This document shows, one piece after another, positions 1 to 14,459 of a stretch of DNA of 64,000 bases; position 1 is the first letter of the stretch; the number at the start of each line of letters is the position of its first letter. A model generated the notes under the pieces. It was given only the letters and a program-made list of their open reading frames with translations, was not told the DNA's origin and ran no database searches. The DNA lies in assembly GCA_012295275.1 (NCBI GenBank), contig CM022665.1:3906001-3970000 (forward strand), in the 5' to 3' direction. Source of the DNA: Chrysomallon squamiferum. Taxonomy: Eukaryota > Animalia > Mollusca. The position numbers and the translations under genes were made by a program.

Positions 1-1319
1 TAATTCAGTCATACAGAGAGATGTAATTTTTACATTTTCAAATATATATTGTAAAATATACGTATAAAAAAGAAAATAATAATTTTGTTTTTTAAAATTG
101 GATTAATTCTGTCTTGCATGCATTCAAAATTATGCAATTTTTAAACATGTTGTTTATCTGATTGTTTGTTTATGTCATTCTACTCTTGAAAATAATAATA
201 ATAAATAAATAAATAAATAAAAAATAAATAAATAAATAAATAAATAAAAATAACAATAGCCTGACGTAATATCTACAGCATTTTGTAAAACAGTTGTGAC
301 TGTAAACATGTTTTCTATTTTCAACAGTATCAAATATTGATAAGATTTCAAGTTATAAAATGTGCAAGTTTGTGTGTTTGTATGTAGCTTTAATTCTGTA
401 TTCAAATTAAATACAGTGACGCATACAATTTACACAGGGTCATTATACAATCCTATGCGATTTTATTTTTATTATTATTAGTATTATTTTATTTTTTTTT
501 TTTCTGATCTATACATGGTGGAAATGATCTGTAAAAACGATAAGAGAAAATAATTTTAGCATTCTTAAATATATTTATTGATGAGATTCATGATTTTTAA
601 AACAAACTTACAATAACAAAGATATAAATACGCAATTACATATACACATACATATTCACACATAATTCCACAGAGATATTTTGTAACCTACTCATACAGT
701 GACGCTCGTACATACAAATATAGGTACCATACAATTTTAAACCTTCATTTATTTCTATTTTACAACGTAACACAATTTCACGCTTCCCGAAATACCGTCT
801 GACCATCACTTAGTTAGTCCAATGCGTTCAGCAGATGTTGTTAACTGAGTGATATGGGTGTACGACGATAACGACTGATTTGGAAACCTTTGCCTTGTCT
901 CTCTTTCTTTCTCTTTCTCACTCTCTCTGTGCTGAACTGACCGCACCGATGATTCTCTTGGCTTCGCTGCCAAAAGCATAATGCATGCAGCACCTGTACA
1001 TCAGACTTCACACAGACGTAAATACTTGACTAATAGCTCTGAGGTGATCACCTAAACATGCCAGCGTGTTTCCTGCCTTCGAGTTAGAGACATACAACTT
1101 GCTGCAAACTCGCTGTACAACGGAGTCTGTCGTTCCTGATAGGTCTATCTATACATCTGTTCTTTTTTTTTTTCTACAGAGTTCTTGCATTTAGAAATAG
1201 TGTGCACTGCACGTTTTTAATGTGTTTCTAACACGGTTTGTTCAAAATACAGAAAAGTGTACAAATACTGAATTAAAAATATAAGTGTTTTATATAAATC
1301 AACATGTGCGTATGTTGTC

Positions 1320-1320
<1 letters not shown>

Positions 1321-1412
<92 letters not shown>
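1321..1412. repeat. (TC)n microsatellite
   Basis: Direct observation. Confidence 0.99.
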
Positions 1413-1416
<4 letters not shown>

Positions 1417-3412
1417 ATGTATCTATGAATCTATCTATCTGTCTATCAGTCTATCTTTATCTGTTTGTGGTGTGGTGTAGTCTACGGTTCTAAACGTAAT
1501 TTTGAATCCATGGGGCTTTTTGGGTTACAGGATCTGAGTGTCTGTATTACAAATTGGAAATAAAATACTTGTTAAGCAGCGCGTTTTTAGTTGCCTGGTT
1601 TGTAACTGCATAGGTCAGATCAATAGACAGCTAATAACAAGATATTTAATCAAGAAAATCTTATTAAAAATAATACATAGCCATTTCGAAGACAGCAAGT
1701 TTATTTTGCTTTGTCTTTTTTATTTTGTTTTTATTCTGCTCTTTCCTCTCTTTTTCTTCCTAATGGTGAACTCTGCATTCTTGAAAGAAGCCGCTATTTA
1801 ATCAAAGCATGTAACAAAAATGCATTATTAAAAAATGACTGTTTTATATTTTATTCCATGCTCAAGAATGAAATTTAATTAAAGATCAAATTACGAGCAT
1901 TCTTTATTACGTATGAATAAATTAACAATACAACAACAGTAAATGGATATATGATAAGCGATGTGAAAAAAACAATAATTAAAAGTAAAAGCTAGAGATT
2001 CTCACATGAATTAGATGATATATATCAAATTAAACTGAACATAGATAAAAAAAAAATTAACGGAAAAAAAAATGTTCTTGTCATCATCTCTCGCTTTGAA
2101 ATTGCCTGAGATTTCATCTAGCAATATCCGAATCAGATAAAGATAATATCTTATAATAAATTAAATGAAAACAAAGCTTTTCGTGCAGTATTTCAGGACT
2201 TTATGATTGCTGTTATCATGAACATGCGAAATCGTTCAGTGTATGATTGGTGTCTGTTTATGACGATGGAATATTTAGTTCACATTGCAGCTAGGAGTCA
2301 TGACATTGTACACTATAAGCTGCAGTCTTAATGGTAAATTCTTGCTCTTATAATGTTTATTTCTTAAGTAGAAGTTGAGATATATTAGACTGCAGGAGTC
2401 CTGTCTTAAATGGTAAAAACTTATGGAAAAATATTTGTTAATATAAATTGAAAAATATATGAGAGACAATATCCAGGAGATCCAGTTTTCAAATGTTTTT
2501 GGTCTCATGACCACTTTAGACGCTTAAGGAGTATTGAGTATCCCAAAGAACATTTGTTCATGTCGGGTATATCTTTTCACTTTTAAATCTGAGATCCTAG
2601 AAAGTTTTACTTTTTTATATAGTCACGGCTCTACTGACCCTCGGGAGTGTCTTTAGAACCGCACTTGGAGAACCAGTGTCATTTCTGATGACTAGAATGT
2701 CCCTTAACATATTCCCTTTATGTGCGGAATAATTAGTTTTGTGAAAGGTCATATCCAGGCAAAGTATTTCTATCGAGTTCTTCGAATTGTATGAAAAGCA
2801 AAATGAAAGATACGAAATAAGATATATTTTCATCAGACGCCATCTGATGGCTGAATGCATCAACCAGTAGGTTCTGGACTCCAGAGTATCCTGGTGATCT
2901 ACGAGTGATGCCAGTATGATGATCATCGTGTTCTCTTTGTTCATTTTTCATTCTGTTCTAAGTGTTTTGAAAAAAAATGTTGTATAAACACAGAGATTCT
3001 CAATTTATCCTTGCACAATAATATACGATGGCTTTAACACACGTTATGTAATGTGTTCATTGAACTCGTTTTCTGAACGACAAATCGCCGTAGCTTGTAA
3101 GAAATTACATTCTTCTGCAAATCTCATTTGCTTACTTTCACTTGACTGAATTCGCCAGTCGCACATTCTAACAAGATAACTCCATTATTGTATCAGATGA
3201 TGATAAACTTAATTTTTTATATTTTATGGCAGTTTTTTTTTGCCATCACCGATGGTATTTTTGCTTCCTGTACGTTCTGTCGTTATTGATGCAGTGCTGC
3301 AGAGCTCATGTCTGGATACGCAATTCAGAAGTCTGCATCATAAACTACTGTTAGTGTCGACAACTTAAAAACACAGATGAAGCTCTGTGTGGCATTTGAA
3401 GTTGTTGTGCAC

Positions 3413-3418
<6 letters not shown>

Positions 3419-3511
<93 letters not shown>

Positions 3512-3529
3512 GAGACAGACAGACAGACA
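3419..3529. repeat. (AG)n microsatellite with (AGAC)n tail
   Basis: Direct observation. Confidence 0.98.
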
Positions 3530-3837
3530 GTTGTAGAGCAAGGTATGCAATGCTTGGATTTGCATTATAAGTTAGAGTGCACTGTCAGTTCTGACGGCAA
3601 CTCTGTCTAATCCTAGCTCAGACAATGATTGTGATTATTCATTGTTGTGTTGTTTTCTAACTTTTTGAAGTCTAAATTTAGACGGCTTGCTATTTAATGC
3701 GCATTGGTGCAGATAAACGAATTTGAAACAATAAAAAATGGAAGTCTGAAAATAAATAAAAGGGAAAACGGAGACAGAAAAGTTAGAGAGAGAGAGAAAG
3801 AAGGAGAGAATCACATGGAGAAAAACAGAAGAGAGAG

Positions 3838-3841
<4 letters not shown>

Positions 3842-3908
<67 letters not shown>
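3842..3908. repeat. (AG)n microsatellite
   Basis: Direct observation. Confidence 0.98.
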
Positions 3909-3910
<2 letters not shown>

Positions 3911-6453
3911 GCTTATCGTGTCTATAGTTTGCATGCTTCAAAACTCAGACACAATAATTAGTGTTTTCATTTCTGTTGAATTTTACATTCGGTTATACGA
4001 GTCGGTGAATTTTGTTTAGACAGCTATTATTAAATTGTAGGCTTTTCGTTTAAACGTGGTCTTCATTAATCACAGTCAACCATAATTACCGTAATAATAC
4101 AGTTAGGATGGACCGTTTAATACACATCATTTACGTTTCGCTAAACTGAAGTAGTCAAGTGTGATATTACTCTGATTTAAATTAAAGTACTTACGGTATT
4201 AAAAACAAAATGCTACGTGCAAAGCTGTTATTTTGTTTCCATTAATTTAACCTGTAGATAAATATTATCTTTTAATTTTCTTATTACTTTTTTTTATGTT
4301 TTGCTTTATATATGTTTGGGTGGGGTTTTTCATTAGGTTTTTAAAACCTTTTTAATTTGTTTTGTCTTTTCAGTAGATTAATTTTTACTTATTTATTAGT
4401 TTTTGAAAGTTGACTCTTTAATTTTACGATATTTGTTTATTTCTTTGTTCGTTCATTTGCCGTTTTAATCGTCCCAAAGAAACAACAACAATAAAAAAAA
4501 TAAAAAATTAAAAAAAAAAAAAAAAAAATTAAAAATTAAAAGCACAGGATTCAGCACAATAAATTAAACTAAAACCAAAATCAGAAAATACTGCCACTTG
4601 TTCGTTATTGCATTTTGTCTGTTTAAGAATTCTGACCATTCGTACAGCGATACCTCAGACATCGAAAACAACGGTTTAAAATTCGCAGTGGAACTGACTA
4701 AAATGAATTATTCACATCAGTTACTGTTTAATCCATTCTTACAGGATTAAACCTGATCTGAGGATTGTTCAGCAGGCTTTGCGTGACTTGTTTTTTCGTC
4801 AGAAGACGTGAACGTTAAGTGACGTGTTGGTAATTTGAACTAGATATCATTTTACCAGCGAGGAACCGACAAACCGTCATTAGAAAAGATGCGTGTACAC
4901 TGTTTGAGTTGACGTCAACGACGTTTTCGTTATGCTTCTGTGTTTCTCATTTTCTTCTTCTTCTTCTTCTTCTTCTTCTTATTATTATTATTATTATTAT
5001 TATTATTTTTTTGTTGATTATTTATTTTGTGTGTTTTGGGGATAAGGTTTGGAGGTTTCGACAACACCATCATCATCATCATTATTATTATTATTATTAT
5101 TATTTTAGTTTTTGCTTATAGCATATTAATATTTTTCCTCGACATGTGTGCGGGCGTGTCCATACGCACTGAAGTGTGTCTGTCTGTTCTACAAAAAACC
5201 AAAACGTTAAAAATCAAAAAGCCAAAACGTGCCTAATGCGGCGTGCATGCATGCGTGCGCGCTTCACGTGCGAGTGCTTCCTCTGGTTGACCATTTCGTT
5301 TCGGTACGAGTGAGATTATCGACGAGGTAACGTTATGAATCTCACATTATTATCAACACTCATCCGCGAAACGTGAAACTTCCCTACAACTCATTTTGCA
5401 CAGCACGCAGGACCTGCCAATGAATTTATATCGGCAGGTTCATTTTCATCACTTTGACAGTTCTGTCTCGAAGCTCTGCTGACTTAAGTCGACGCATCAT
5501 TACTCGCTTGTAAACGAGAGCCGACTATATTAGCTCTTAAGTCCGAACATACCTCGCTAACTCTGCCAATCCTGGAATAATTAATCCCATTTTTTTTATT
5601 ATTTCAGACCACTAGCGCTGTCGAATTTCGACTTTCGCTGCGTTGCTTGATGTGTGAGTGTGTTTTATTGACGCCTTGTCTTAGATGCTCTTCTTCTTTT
5701 TTTTTTCTTTTTTTATACTCTCTCTCTCTCTAAATAAACATCAACTGGGTAGTCAGTCGTGAAATGCAGACACATACTTGAGAACTGCGATGATGGTTAT
5801 CTCGTGGAAATTGTTCACTTTGAAGGAAGAACGAAATTTTCTTTATTGGTACTGATGTTTTAAAACAACGTTTTATGTATCCTGTGTTTGTAATGGGGGA
5901 GGGATAAAAGAAAAGAAGTCACGAAAAGAAAGAAAGGAAGGTAAAATGAATTTAAAAAAAGGAAGGAAAGAAAGAACAATAGAATGAAGAAATGAAAACT
6001 GAAAATATAATTTGTTTTTCAGGCAAGAACCAAAATATGATATAATCTATAATTTATTGTTTTAGATAAAGCTGGTGAGATGTCGTTCCCAGCAAGTTTT
6101 ATTTTATTATTTTCGGTGTCTTAACTACGTTTTCTGTTCGTTCAGATTATTGTTGCATTAGTGTCAGCGGCCAAAGTTGGCTAATAAAACTGACAACAAA
6201 ATTCAGAAAGCATGAAATTTTATGACGTCGGTATTTTGATGCTTTAGACCTGTTGCCATGACGTTATCGCTTAAAGTTACTTTAGACTTTTGAGATCACC
6301 TCAAGTCTCACCCACAGTATCAAGATTCTCTGTAATTTTCTACAAGACAGATTCCACGACCACGTTGTTTGCCAATGTTGTTATCAATTAGACAAGAAAG
6401 ATGACGAATTACATTCAATTAAGATTCCTTGTTGTTTGTTGTCTGATATGTAT

Positions 6454-6488
<35 letters not shown>

Positions 6489-6601
6489 GCACTAAATTTA
6501 ATCGTATCTTGCTCTTGTACATTATTGTGGATCTAAATAAATTCAGAAGTGGGCATGGGTGGCAAAACCTGCTGAAAAATGAACCCCAGAACTGAACGTG
6601 A

Positions 6602-6661
6602 AGTTTTAGCAATGTCATTTTATCATTGTGGCTTCAGTGATAAAATGACATTGTTAAAACT
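6602..6661 (+). repeat. 60-nt near-perfect hairpin
   Basis: AGTTTTAGCAATGTCATTTTATCATTG / CAGTGATAAAATGACATTGTTAAAACT form a 27-bp stem with two G-T pairs and a 6-nt loop. Confidence 0.9.
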
Positions 6662-7519
6662 GAAAAAAAAAAAAAATAAAAATATAATAACTGAAAGAGA
6701 ATGGGACTGTAATTATTTCTCCAATTAGTGCGTCAGTTGTGATCCACTTGTGTATAAAATGTCTGTGACATTCAGTTAACTGTGAAACAGTGAAATATTA
6801 TCCTCTGTCACTTTTTGTAAATTGTAATATAAAACAGCAATCTAAATCATAGTTCGATTGTGTTTATAATGTGTGTCAATACGCTCGAACACACAGACAT
6901 ATGTACATGCAGACAGAGAGACAAACACATATGCATACAAATGCGAGCGCGCACGCCCACACACACACATACATACATACATACATATATATAGACATAT
7001 AAATGATAATATTTCTAAATTTGAGTTGTACTGGCAAAAACAGCAAAAAAAAAAAATATGCTAATAACAGGTTGATTGTTTATGTGTGTTTATCTGTATC
7101 TGTGTGTGCATATTATTCTGTACAAAGCATTAAACTGCGTTCATATTTTTTTTTTTTTTCTTTTTTTTTTTTTTTTATTCAGTTCTCACTGACGATTGTT
7201 TATTTAAGCTGTAGTTTATTCTTTCTCCTCTGGAACCTAACAAGGCAAAGCGAAAATAAACCACGTGAGCTTTTGTTTGTTTAATTTAGATTTCGTTTGT
7301 TTTCATATCAGTTATTTATTGTGACTTCCACGTGGCATTTATTGCATAACGACCTCCGGGGTTGGAAACTAAACTGTTTCGCAGCCAGAGATGAAATTAT
7401 TTTTCCACCCATACGACTGATCATGCAGGTGAAAGGGAGAGCACGAACACAGCTCCGTGTAAAATATTATGTAACGTGTGTATGACTTTGCCTGTGAGCA
7501 TGTGAATTACATTATAAAA

Positions 7520-7920
7520 TGAATGTATATTGTATTGCGTTGTTATTTTTTTTTTATTTTTTTTCTCTGTTATATTCATTCTGTTGTGTTGTACTGTATT
7601 TATTGTATAGTGTTGTATGTGTTGTCTGTTATTTTGTATTTTATAGTGTTGTGTTATTTGTGTTTTATGTATTATATTTATTGTGTTATGTTGTATTGTA
7701 GATCATTTTATTGTGTTGTATGTATTATCTGTTGTTTTATATTTTGTGTTGTGTTGTGTTGTTTTATTTTGTTATATTGTATTGTGTTGTGTTGCGTTGT
7801 GCTGTGTTGTGCTGTATTGTGTTCGATTGTGATGTTTTGTGTTATCGTAATATGTTGTGTAACATTATTGTATTATATTGTGTTGCTTTGCGTTGCACTG
7901 TCTTGCAATGTGTTTTGTAA
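7520..7920. repeat. Degenerate (TTGTG/TTGTA)n low-complexity tract
   Basis: Repeated tgtgt/tgtat pentamers; this tract produces the Cys/Val-rich ORFs. Confidence 0.9.
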
Positions 7921-8983
7921 TGCTAACTGTAGTAGGGTTCTTAAAGTAATACTGTTACTACTACAAGTAGTAATATGATTACTACTTTTGTTATCAGTAG
8001 CAACACCACTACTACTATTTTACTACTGTTATTATTTGTACTACTTCTGTGACCACTAGTAGAACTTTTGTATTTCTGCTGTTGTAAGTTTTTACATTAA
8101 AACAAATATAAATATATCATTATTCACAATTTCCTTCCTGAATATATATTCAGTCTAACACATGAAATCTAATACTAAACACCAGTAAAAACCAAACCAA
8201 ACCAAAACAAGAAAGAAAAAAAAGAAGAAAAACAACAACAACAACAAAAAAACACACCCACTTTATTCAATTGCTGAATTCATTTTTAAGAAACATTTTT
8301 TAATATCTAATTTACTAACTCTCTCGGATGTGATGTTTTCCATTTCGCCTTTTATGTTTTTTCCTTCCAGTCATCTTTTTAAAATTCATATGGCTTTTCA
8401 CATTATAAATAACATTTTCATTATTTTTTTTTTTTTTTTTTTTTTTTTTTTCACGCATTTCTGTAATGCGTTTTCCATAAACTTTTCTAAATGAATAACC
8501 GCAGGCCGTAAAATTGCGTCTGTTATTGTTTTTATTTCTTTGCATTTTCATCTTAAACGTTAAAGTTGTTGGTTTGAAAATCTTAATGGCGGTTGAATAA
8601 CTAGAAGGTAACTGAATAACTATCGCCCATGGTATTTTAATAGCGGGATTTCTTTCTCATTTCAAAATAATTTAAACAAATTATGACTGAATTTATAATA
8701 AAATAAAAATACTCTTTAAAGCACTGTATTAATCGTATGAGTTTGTGTGAGTGTGAGTGCGTGCATGTGTGCGTGCGTTGAATGTGGATCCCACACTTGT
8801 ACTATTTTTGTTTCTTTATAATGAAACTTTATTGGTCGTTTTAGTTATTTCTTTTTCATCGGTGATAATCCACTTTTTAAAATCTCTTATTTTCTGTATA
8901 ATTCTTAACGATACGTCTTCACGTAATTGCAGACTTGTTTCCTTGATCTGCACCTAATGCGCATGCGAGAACAGTGAGTGACA

Positions 8984-8987
<4 letters not shown>

Positions 8988-9062
<75 letters not shown>
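8988..9062. repeat. (GA)n microsatellite
   Basis: Direct observation. Confidence 0.98.
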
Positions 9063-9064
<2 letters not shown>

Positions 9065-10355
9065 TCGATAATATCGCTTGTTTTTTCATCAAGGAAATCT
9101 ATTTTGAATGTAATTAATTTAACACCAGACGTTTTAATTTGTAGTTTATTAGAGATGGGCGTTTTGTCAGGTGCTGTTCAGAAGAATAGCTGTTTGATTA
9201 AGCAGCATGCCGACCCAATCAATGTTTCATTAATTAAAAATGAGATTTGCGTTGCAAGACGATTACTTCATTTAATACTAGCGTCTCCTACATGTGTTGA
9301 CCTTCTTTTTTCTTTTTCATTTCTTTTTTTAAATGATAATGACGATAACAACAACAACAACAGCAATAATAACAATAATACAGAAAACGTCTGCACGTAG
9401 GTTAATTAATTCTGTTCCACGCGTTTTGCTATTTTTACGCGTAATATGACAATAAAAGGCCTTGGAAAGGCTATTATGAATTTTTAATTGTTTTCTTTTT
9501 AATATTAAACAACGGTTTGCTTCTTAGTAAATAGAAAAATACACGTATTTTTTAGGGCTTTTTATGATTATTCTTTCACAGTGACTTCGGTTTAAATAGA
9601 TATTTTGTTTACGATTGTTTTTTTAATTATTATTATTATATATATTTTTAAATCATATTCTGTTATCTAAGACATCATATATGTGAAAGTAACCGTTTTA
9701 AAAAAAAAATTAATTAGTTTTTTTTTTTTTTATTCTGCATGTTTCATAGGTGTATATTTTAATACAATACGTACGTAGTGTGGGATTTCTCTTCTTTTTG
9801 TTGCTTACAGAGAGACTTCAGGACGAGAGAACAAAACAATTAACTGTTTAAACCTGTCTAAGTTTTTCTCAAAAACATAATTAGATTTTCAACACCCTTG
9901 TTAACCTTCTTTTCGCCATAGTTATTTTAGCCATTATCTTCTTCATAAAATCGCCAAAGAAAAGAAGAAGAAGAAGAAAAAAAAAAAAAAAAAAAACAAC
10001 TCTTGAAGACACTTTAGAATATCCAGCACTCACCCGAAGTCTGGTTGTGAATTGTTACTGCTAAACTTGTTCGTTTTTGCAAATGTTCGGTTTGAGTTGC
10101 TGCCGCATTTATCCAGATTCGTAAACACGTTTCCTATTTACAGTTTCCGAGAATTTATGATCTGTGAACGTTTGAGTTGGATGTTAGGTAAGTTTTTAGA
10201 TTAAAAAGTAAACGACAGCGAGCCGTGTTTCGTAAATACAATAGTGATGATCATTTCAAATGTGCTGTTACGTTTTTAGAGATGATTAGGATGTTTATTA
10301 CAAGTACATATGTTTGAGGCTAACTACGATTAAAGTACATACACACAAACACACA

Positions 10356-10358
<3 letters not shown>

Positions 10359-10437
<79 letters not shown>
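10359..10437. repeat. (TC)n microsatellite
   Basis: Direct observation. Confidence 0.98.
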
Positions 10438-10441
<4 letters not shown>

Positions 10442-10664
10442 ATTTACATTTATATGTCTGTTCTTCGCTCTGTTTTACTCAACGTATTTTAGTGTTAAGG
10501 TTAGAAAGTTAGATACGAGTAATACTTTTTTGTATAACAAATGTTAGAGAGGTTTCGCTAATCAATGGCTATTTTTAGCAATTCAAGGCTAAGTATTTTT
10601 TTAAATTTCTTTAGAAAGTATACGCGATGGTCGTTGAATATTTTTTTTTTTTTTTTTTTTAATT

Positions 10665-10755
10665 ATTTGTTGGAACGGGATATCATAAACAGATTGTTGC
10701 TGCTTCCAGTTATCACAGTTAAGCCAGCCATCTTAACTCACCACTGAGCTACATT
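10665..10755 (-). mobile_element. Degraded SINE 5' fragment
   Basis: Minus-strand ATGTAGCTCAGTGGT (A-box) at 10740-10754 and TGGAACGGGA shared with the 38.6-kb copy. Confidence 0.4.
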
Positions 10756-12960
10756 CAGAATAAAAAAAAAAAAAAAACTACATATTTACATTTAACTTAA
10801 CCTCTTCGCACACAGAAACCAAATCGTGTATATGCAGACTGCACGCATGCACGTGTGCCTACAAAACTCGCTCATCATGATCGCATCGTTCAACACCAAA
10901 ACTCTCTAACCTGAACGTCAGCAGGAAGTTCTCTCTCAACACGTCATGTGCTACTTTCTAAATAGTAGTTGTGTGTATTTTAAACATACGGCGGACTCGC
11001 CGACTTCTCTTTTTGTTATTTCTCATAATGAACTTTTTTCTTCACTGGCCTAAAAGCTGTTTGTTATGATATTTGTTCTGTCCTTAATCGTGCCGTCTGC
11101 GAAGTCAGGTCTCACTTGCTTATGCAGTGATTCTTTCTGTAAAATAATTCCAGTATTCACTGTTAAAACGTCAGTTATAAAAATAACTGCCATCGTCTAA
11201 ATTCGACAGTACTTTCTCCACTAATGTACAGGTTGTCACGACATACATTACAATAGAATAAATAAAAAATAAAAAATAAATAAATAAAAAAAAAAAAAAA
11301 AAAAATTAAATAAATTAAAATTCAGCAGAAAGAAGTAAAATATTATATGCATCTTCTCACCACTTCCCCTGCCACCTGTATTTTGATTCTCACAACTCTT
11401 ATATAAGAACGTTTCACACAGAAGATACAAGCTTATTATATTTATGGCTGTTCAGACGCAGATCAGTTCGGAAAAATGTCGACCTTTATCCGGTTAGCTA
11501 ATCAAGATTTAGGAGGTTACGCAGACAGTCGTTTCTGAATGCCTGGAAGTATTGTTGTCTGCGTCAGACAATCATCGGTCTGTACCAGTCACAAATTACA
11601 TTATCAGCATTGTTAGCATACGAGAACGTTAAACTGTAACGTTGTTAACGTGAAGATAAAACCCCAACGTGTACGTTTATACGACAAGTAGAGTCTTGTA
11701 AAACAAATAGGTGGCGTTCTAACACGAACGATAAGCGATAAGTCACGCAGTAAGTGTGTAAGGTAAAAAGTGAGAAAACAGAAACCTCACTGGATTTCGT
11801 TTTGTGTTATTGTCCTGTTTTAGGTCTTTTTTTTTTTTTTTTTTGTTACCAGTAAATAAGATGATGACGATGATGATGGTTTTTGGTGACTGTTAGATGA
11901 AGAAAAGATGTGGATCGTTGATGGTGATGATGATGGTGATGAAATGATGATTATGGTGAATTTGGTGATGATTACTGAACGAAAAGAGTTCACAGATGGC
12001 CATGATGATGATGATGATGATGATGATGTTGATGATTATGATGATGATGGTGACAGAGATGGCTGGGGAAAAAGAGATGCTAGTACACTACTGATGATGA
12101 TATCCACTGATATTTTATTACTTTTAAAAAATAACTGGTCGTCCTATGACTTTTGTATCATTTTGGAGTTATTATTACTGTTATTACTATTGTTACTACT
12201 ACTATTACCACCATTACAACAACAGCAACTACTACTATTATAGTATAGTTGTTTCTGTAATATTAGCAACAGCAGCATATTTTATTTTATTTTACTTCAT
12301 TTTATTATTTCGGTATTAAAAAAAAAAAAAAGAAGAAGAAGGAGAAGAAAGAAAACCAATGATTTTTGGAATTTATAACTTTGAATGTCACTTGCAATCT
12401 TCAGGAATTAGCGTATTTCATTAAAATTATAGCTTCTTGTAATGCTTATAATTATTCAAAGTTTCAAACTATCTGACCTGTGTGAACAGTTCATATAACG
12501 AAGTGGGGTTGTTAAGTTCGTACTTATACTGATTACTGGTGAAAAATCAATACGATATTCGATTCCTTTAAAGAGGCCCTATTTGGATATGAATTATACA
12601 ACATTCACAAATGATATGTGTCTGTCGCTCGTGTGTGTGTTTTTTTATTTCATATCCTGATTCCATTTCTTGGTTGTTTGATCATTCTATTTAATCTTTT
12701 TTTTTTTTTTTTTTTTTTTTTTTTCCCCTTTGTCATTATTATTACTCGATCGATTTTGTTTGAGTTTTTTTTTTTTTCTTTTTTTTTCTTGTGTGTGTAT
12801 ATATGTGTGTGGCATTTTTTCGGTGGTATTTCAGGTCTTCTTCTGTACGTTTTATTTATTTTGTTTTTAACGTCCCTTTTGTTGTTTTCATTGTTTATAT
12901 TACAAATAAAGTACTTAAATACAGCATGAATATGTATATATATATATATATAAATTAAAA

Positions 12961-12999
<39 letters not shown>

Positions 13000-13412
13000 A
13001 AAATCAGCTATTCCATCATTTATAAGACTATTTATTGTGTTACAAAAATCTTTAAGTCCAAGGAATATAAATTTACTGCATCTGCCTTCGTTTTACAAAA
13101 ATCCTTGCATTCAACGGTTTACACGTCTTCTTGAAAAAAACCCACTGAAAGGCCTTGCAGCTCCAAGACTGGCATACGTTTCTTTCAACAAGTTCGATCT
13201 GTCGACCAGCTTGTTGTACGTGTCCATAGATTAGAAATTCTGTCTACGCGATGGATACAGCATTTCACAAATATTTACTTCACAGAGCTCTGTTCTTTTA
13301 GATTGTAGGAAACAAGCCGGTTATTTTTTGCAGTTAGGAATGTTAAACAAATCGGACTAGAATCGGCGAATGCATGTAACAAAACACACTGACATATGTT
13401 TTTTGCTTCTCT

Positions 13413-13449
<37 letters not shown>

Positions 13450-13810
13450 TATTATTATTCTTGCTTACCGGAATGTTAAAAGGTGAATTCTTTTCTTCTT
13501 CTTTCTCTGCTTTTTGTTTTGCATTCTTTCTTTTTTTTTTTTTTCGATTGTTATGTGGGTGGTAGGTGTTTTTTTTTTTTTTTTTTTTTTTTTCTTTTCG
13601 GCGTATTTTAGGTAAAACTTATAGCAATAAAATACAGTTTGTTCTTCAATATATATTGTTATAAAGAAATAGGGATAAAAATATTATTATCATCTTCTTC
13701 TTCTTCTTTATCAATGTCATTATTATCGTCATATATATTCATCCTTTTTATGTTGATGTTCAGTCTTTTTATTTCTCTCTCTCTCTCTCCTTTTACTGCA
13801 TGAGGATATA

Positions 13811-14060
13811 TTTAGTTTACCAGGACCTATTTCAGTATTTTGTCACAACAATAGAAACGGCTTAATTAACAGCGATCTATTTGGGTATTTTGTTATGCAA
13901 TAAGAAATGCCTAAGTCAACCTCGGCCTACACGAGTATTCTGTTACCGCGGCAGGGACGCCTGATTTCATCGCTGCCTATTTGACCATTCTCTTTCTGCA
14001 AAAACGCCACATATCAAATCATCGCAACCTTTCTGAGTATTATGCTACTGAAAAAAGCAG
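13811..14060. repeat. Highly diverged 50-bp tandem repeat (~5 units)
   Basis: YCTAY...GTATTYTGT-like core at 13826, 13876, 13926, 13976 and ~14028; the first three units align without gaps. Confidence 0.7.
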
Positions 14061-14425
14061 AGATTTCCAATCACCACGAAGTACTTGAACAACGTCTTCA
14101 ACTCTGTCCTTCTCGCTAACGTGACATCAATTTTCTACAATTTACCAATATAACCTTCCGATGTGACTTGAATTGGCGGCCAATTTGATCATAGAAAAAT
14201 CAACTGGAAATTAGACACACTGCTGTTTCATGTTAGGGAAGGACGGTCTGGGAATTGCTAATGACGTCTTGCAGATGGCGCTGGTCGCAAACAACCGCGT
14301 TCGTCTCGAGTGACTTGCTGGGCAAAGATAAAACTGATGGTTTTGCGCACGTTGACGATGGTGCGAGTTTGATTCCGATGTTTTACATGAGCTAAAATAT
14401 CCCGTAATGTCTGCAAGTCCTCTTT

Positions 14426-14459
<34 letters not shown>

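Noticed and set aside
2290-2950. Possible decayed LINE endonuclease (IRLQESCLK at ~2385; GIISFVKGHI at ~2726) and ORF 2615..2944
   Set aside because: The motif resemblance is weak, interrupted by stops and wrongly spaced; it would need a tBLASTn/HMM hit to support.
3365-3961. ER/SL-repeat ORFs (and similar ones at 8978, 10314, 15762, 27583, 30896 and 46061)
   Set aside because: Translations of (GA)n/(TC)n microsatellites.
7519-7978. Cys/Val/Tyr-rich ORFs resembling membrane or metal-binding proteins
   Set aside because: They derive from a degenerate TTGTG low-complexity tract with no domain or splice evidence.
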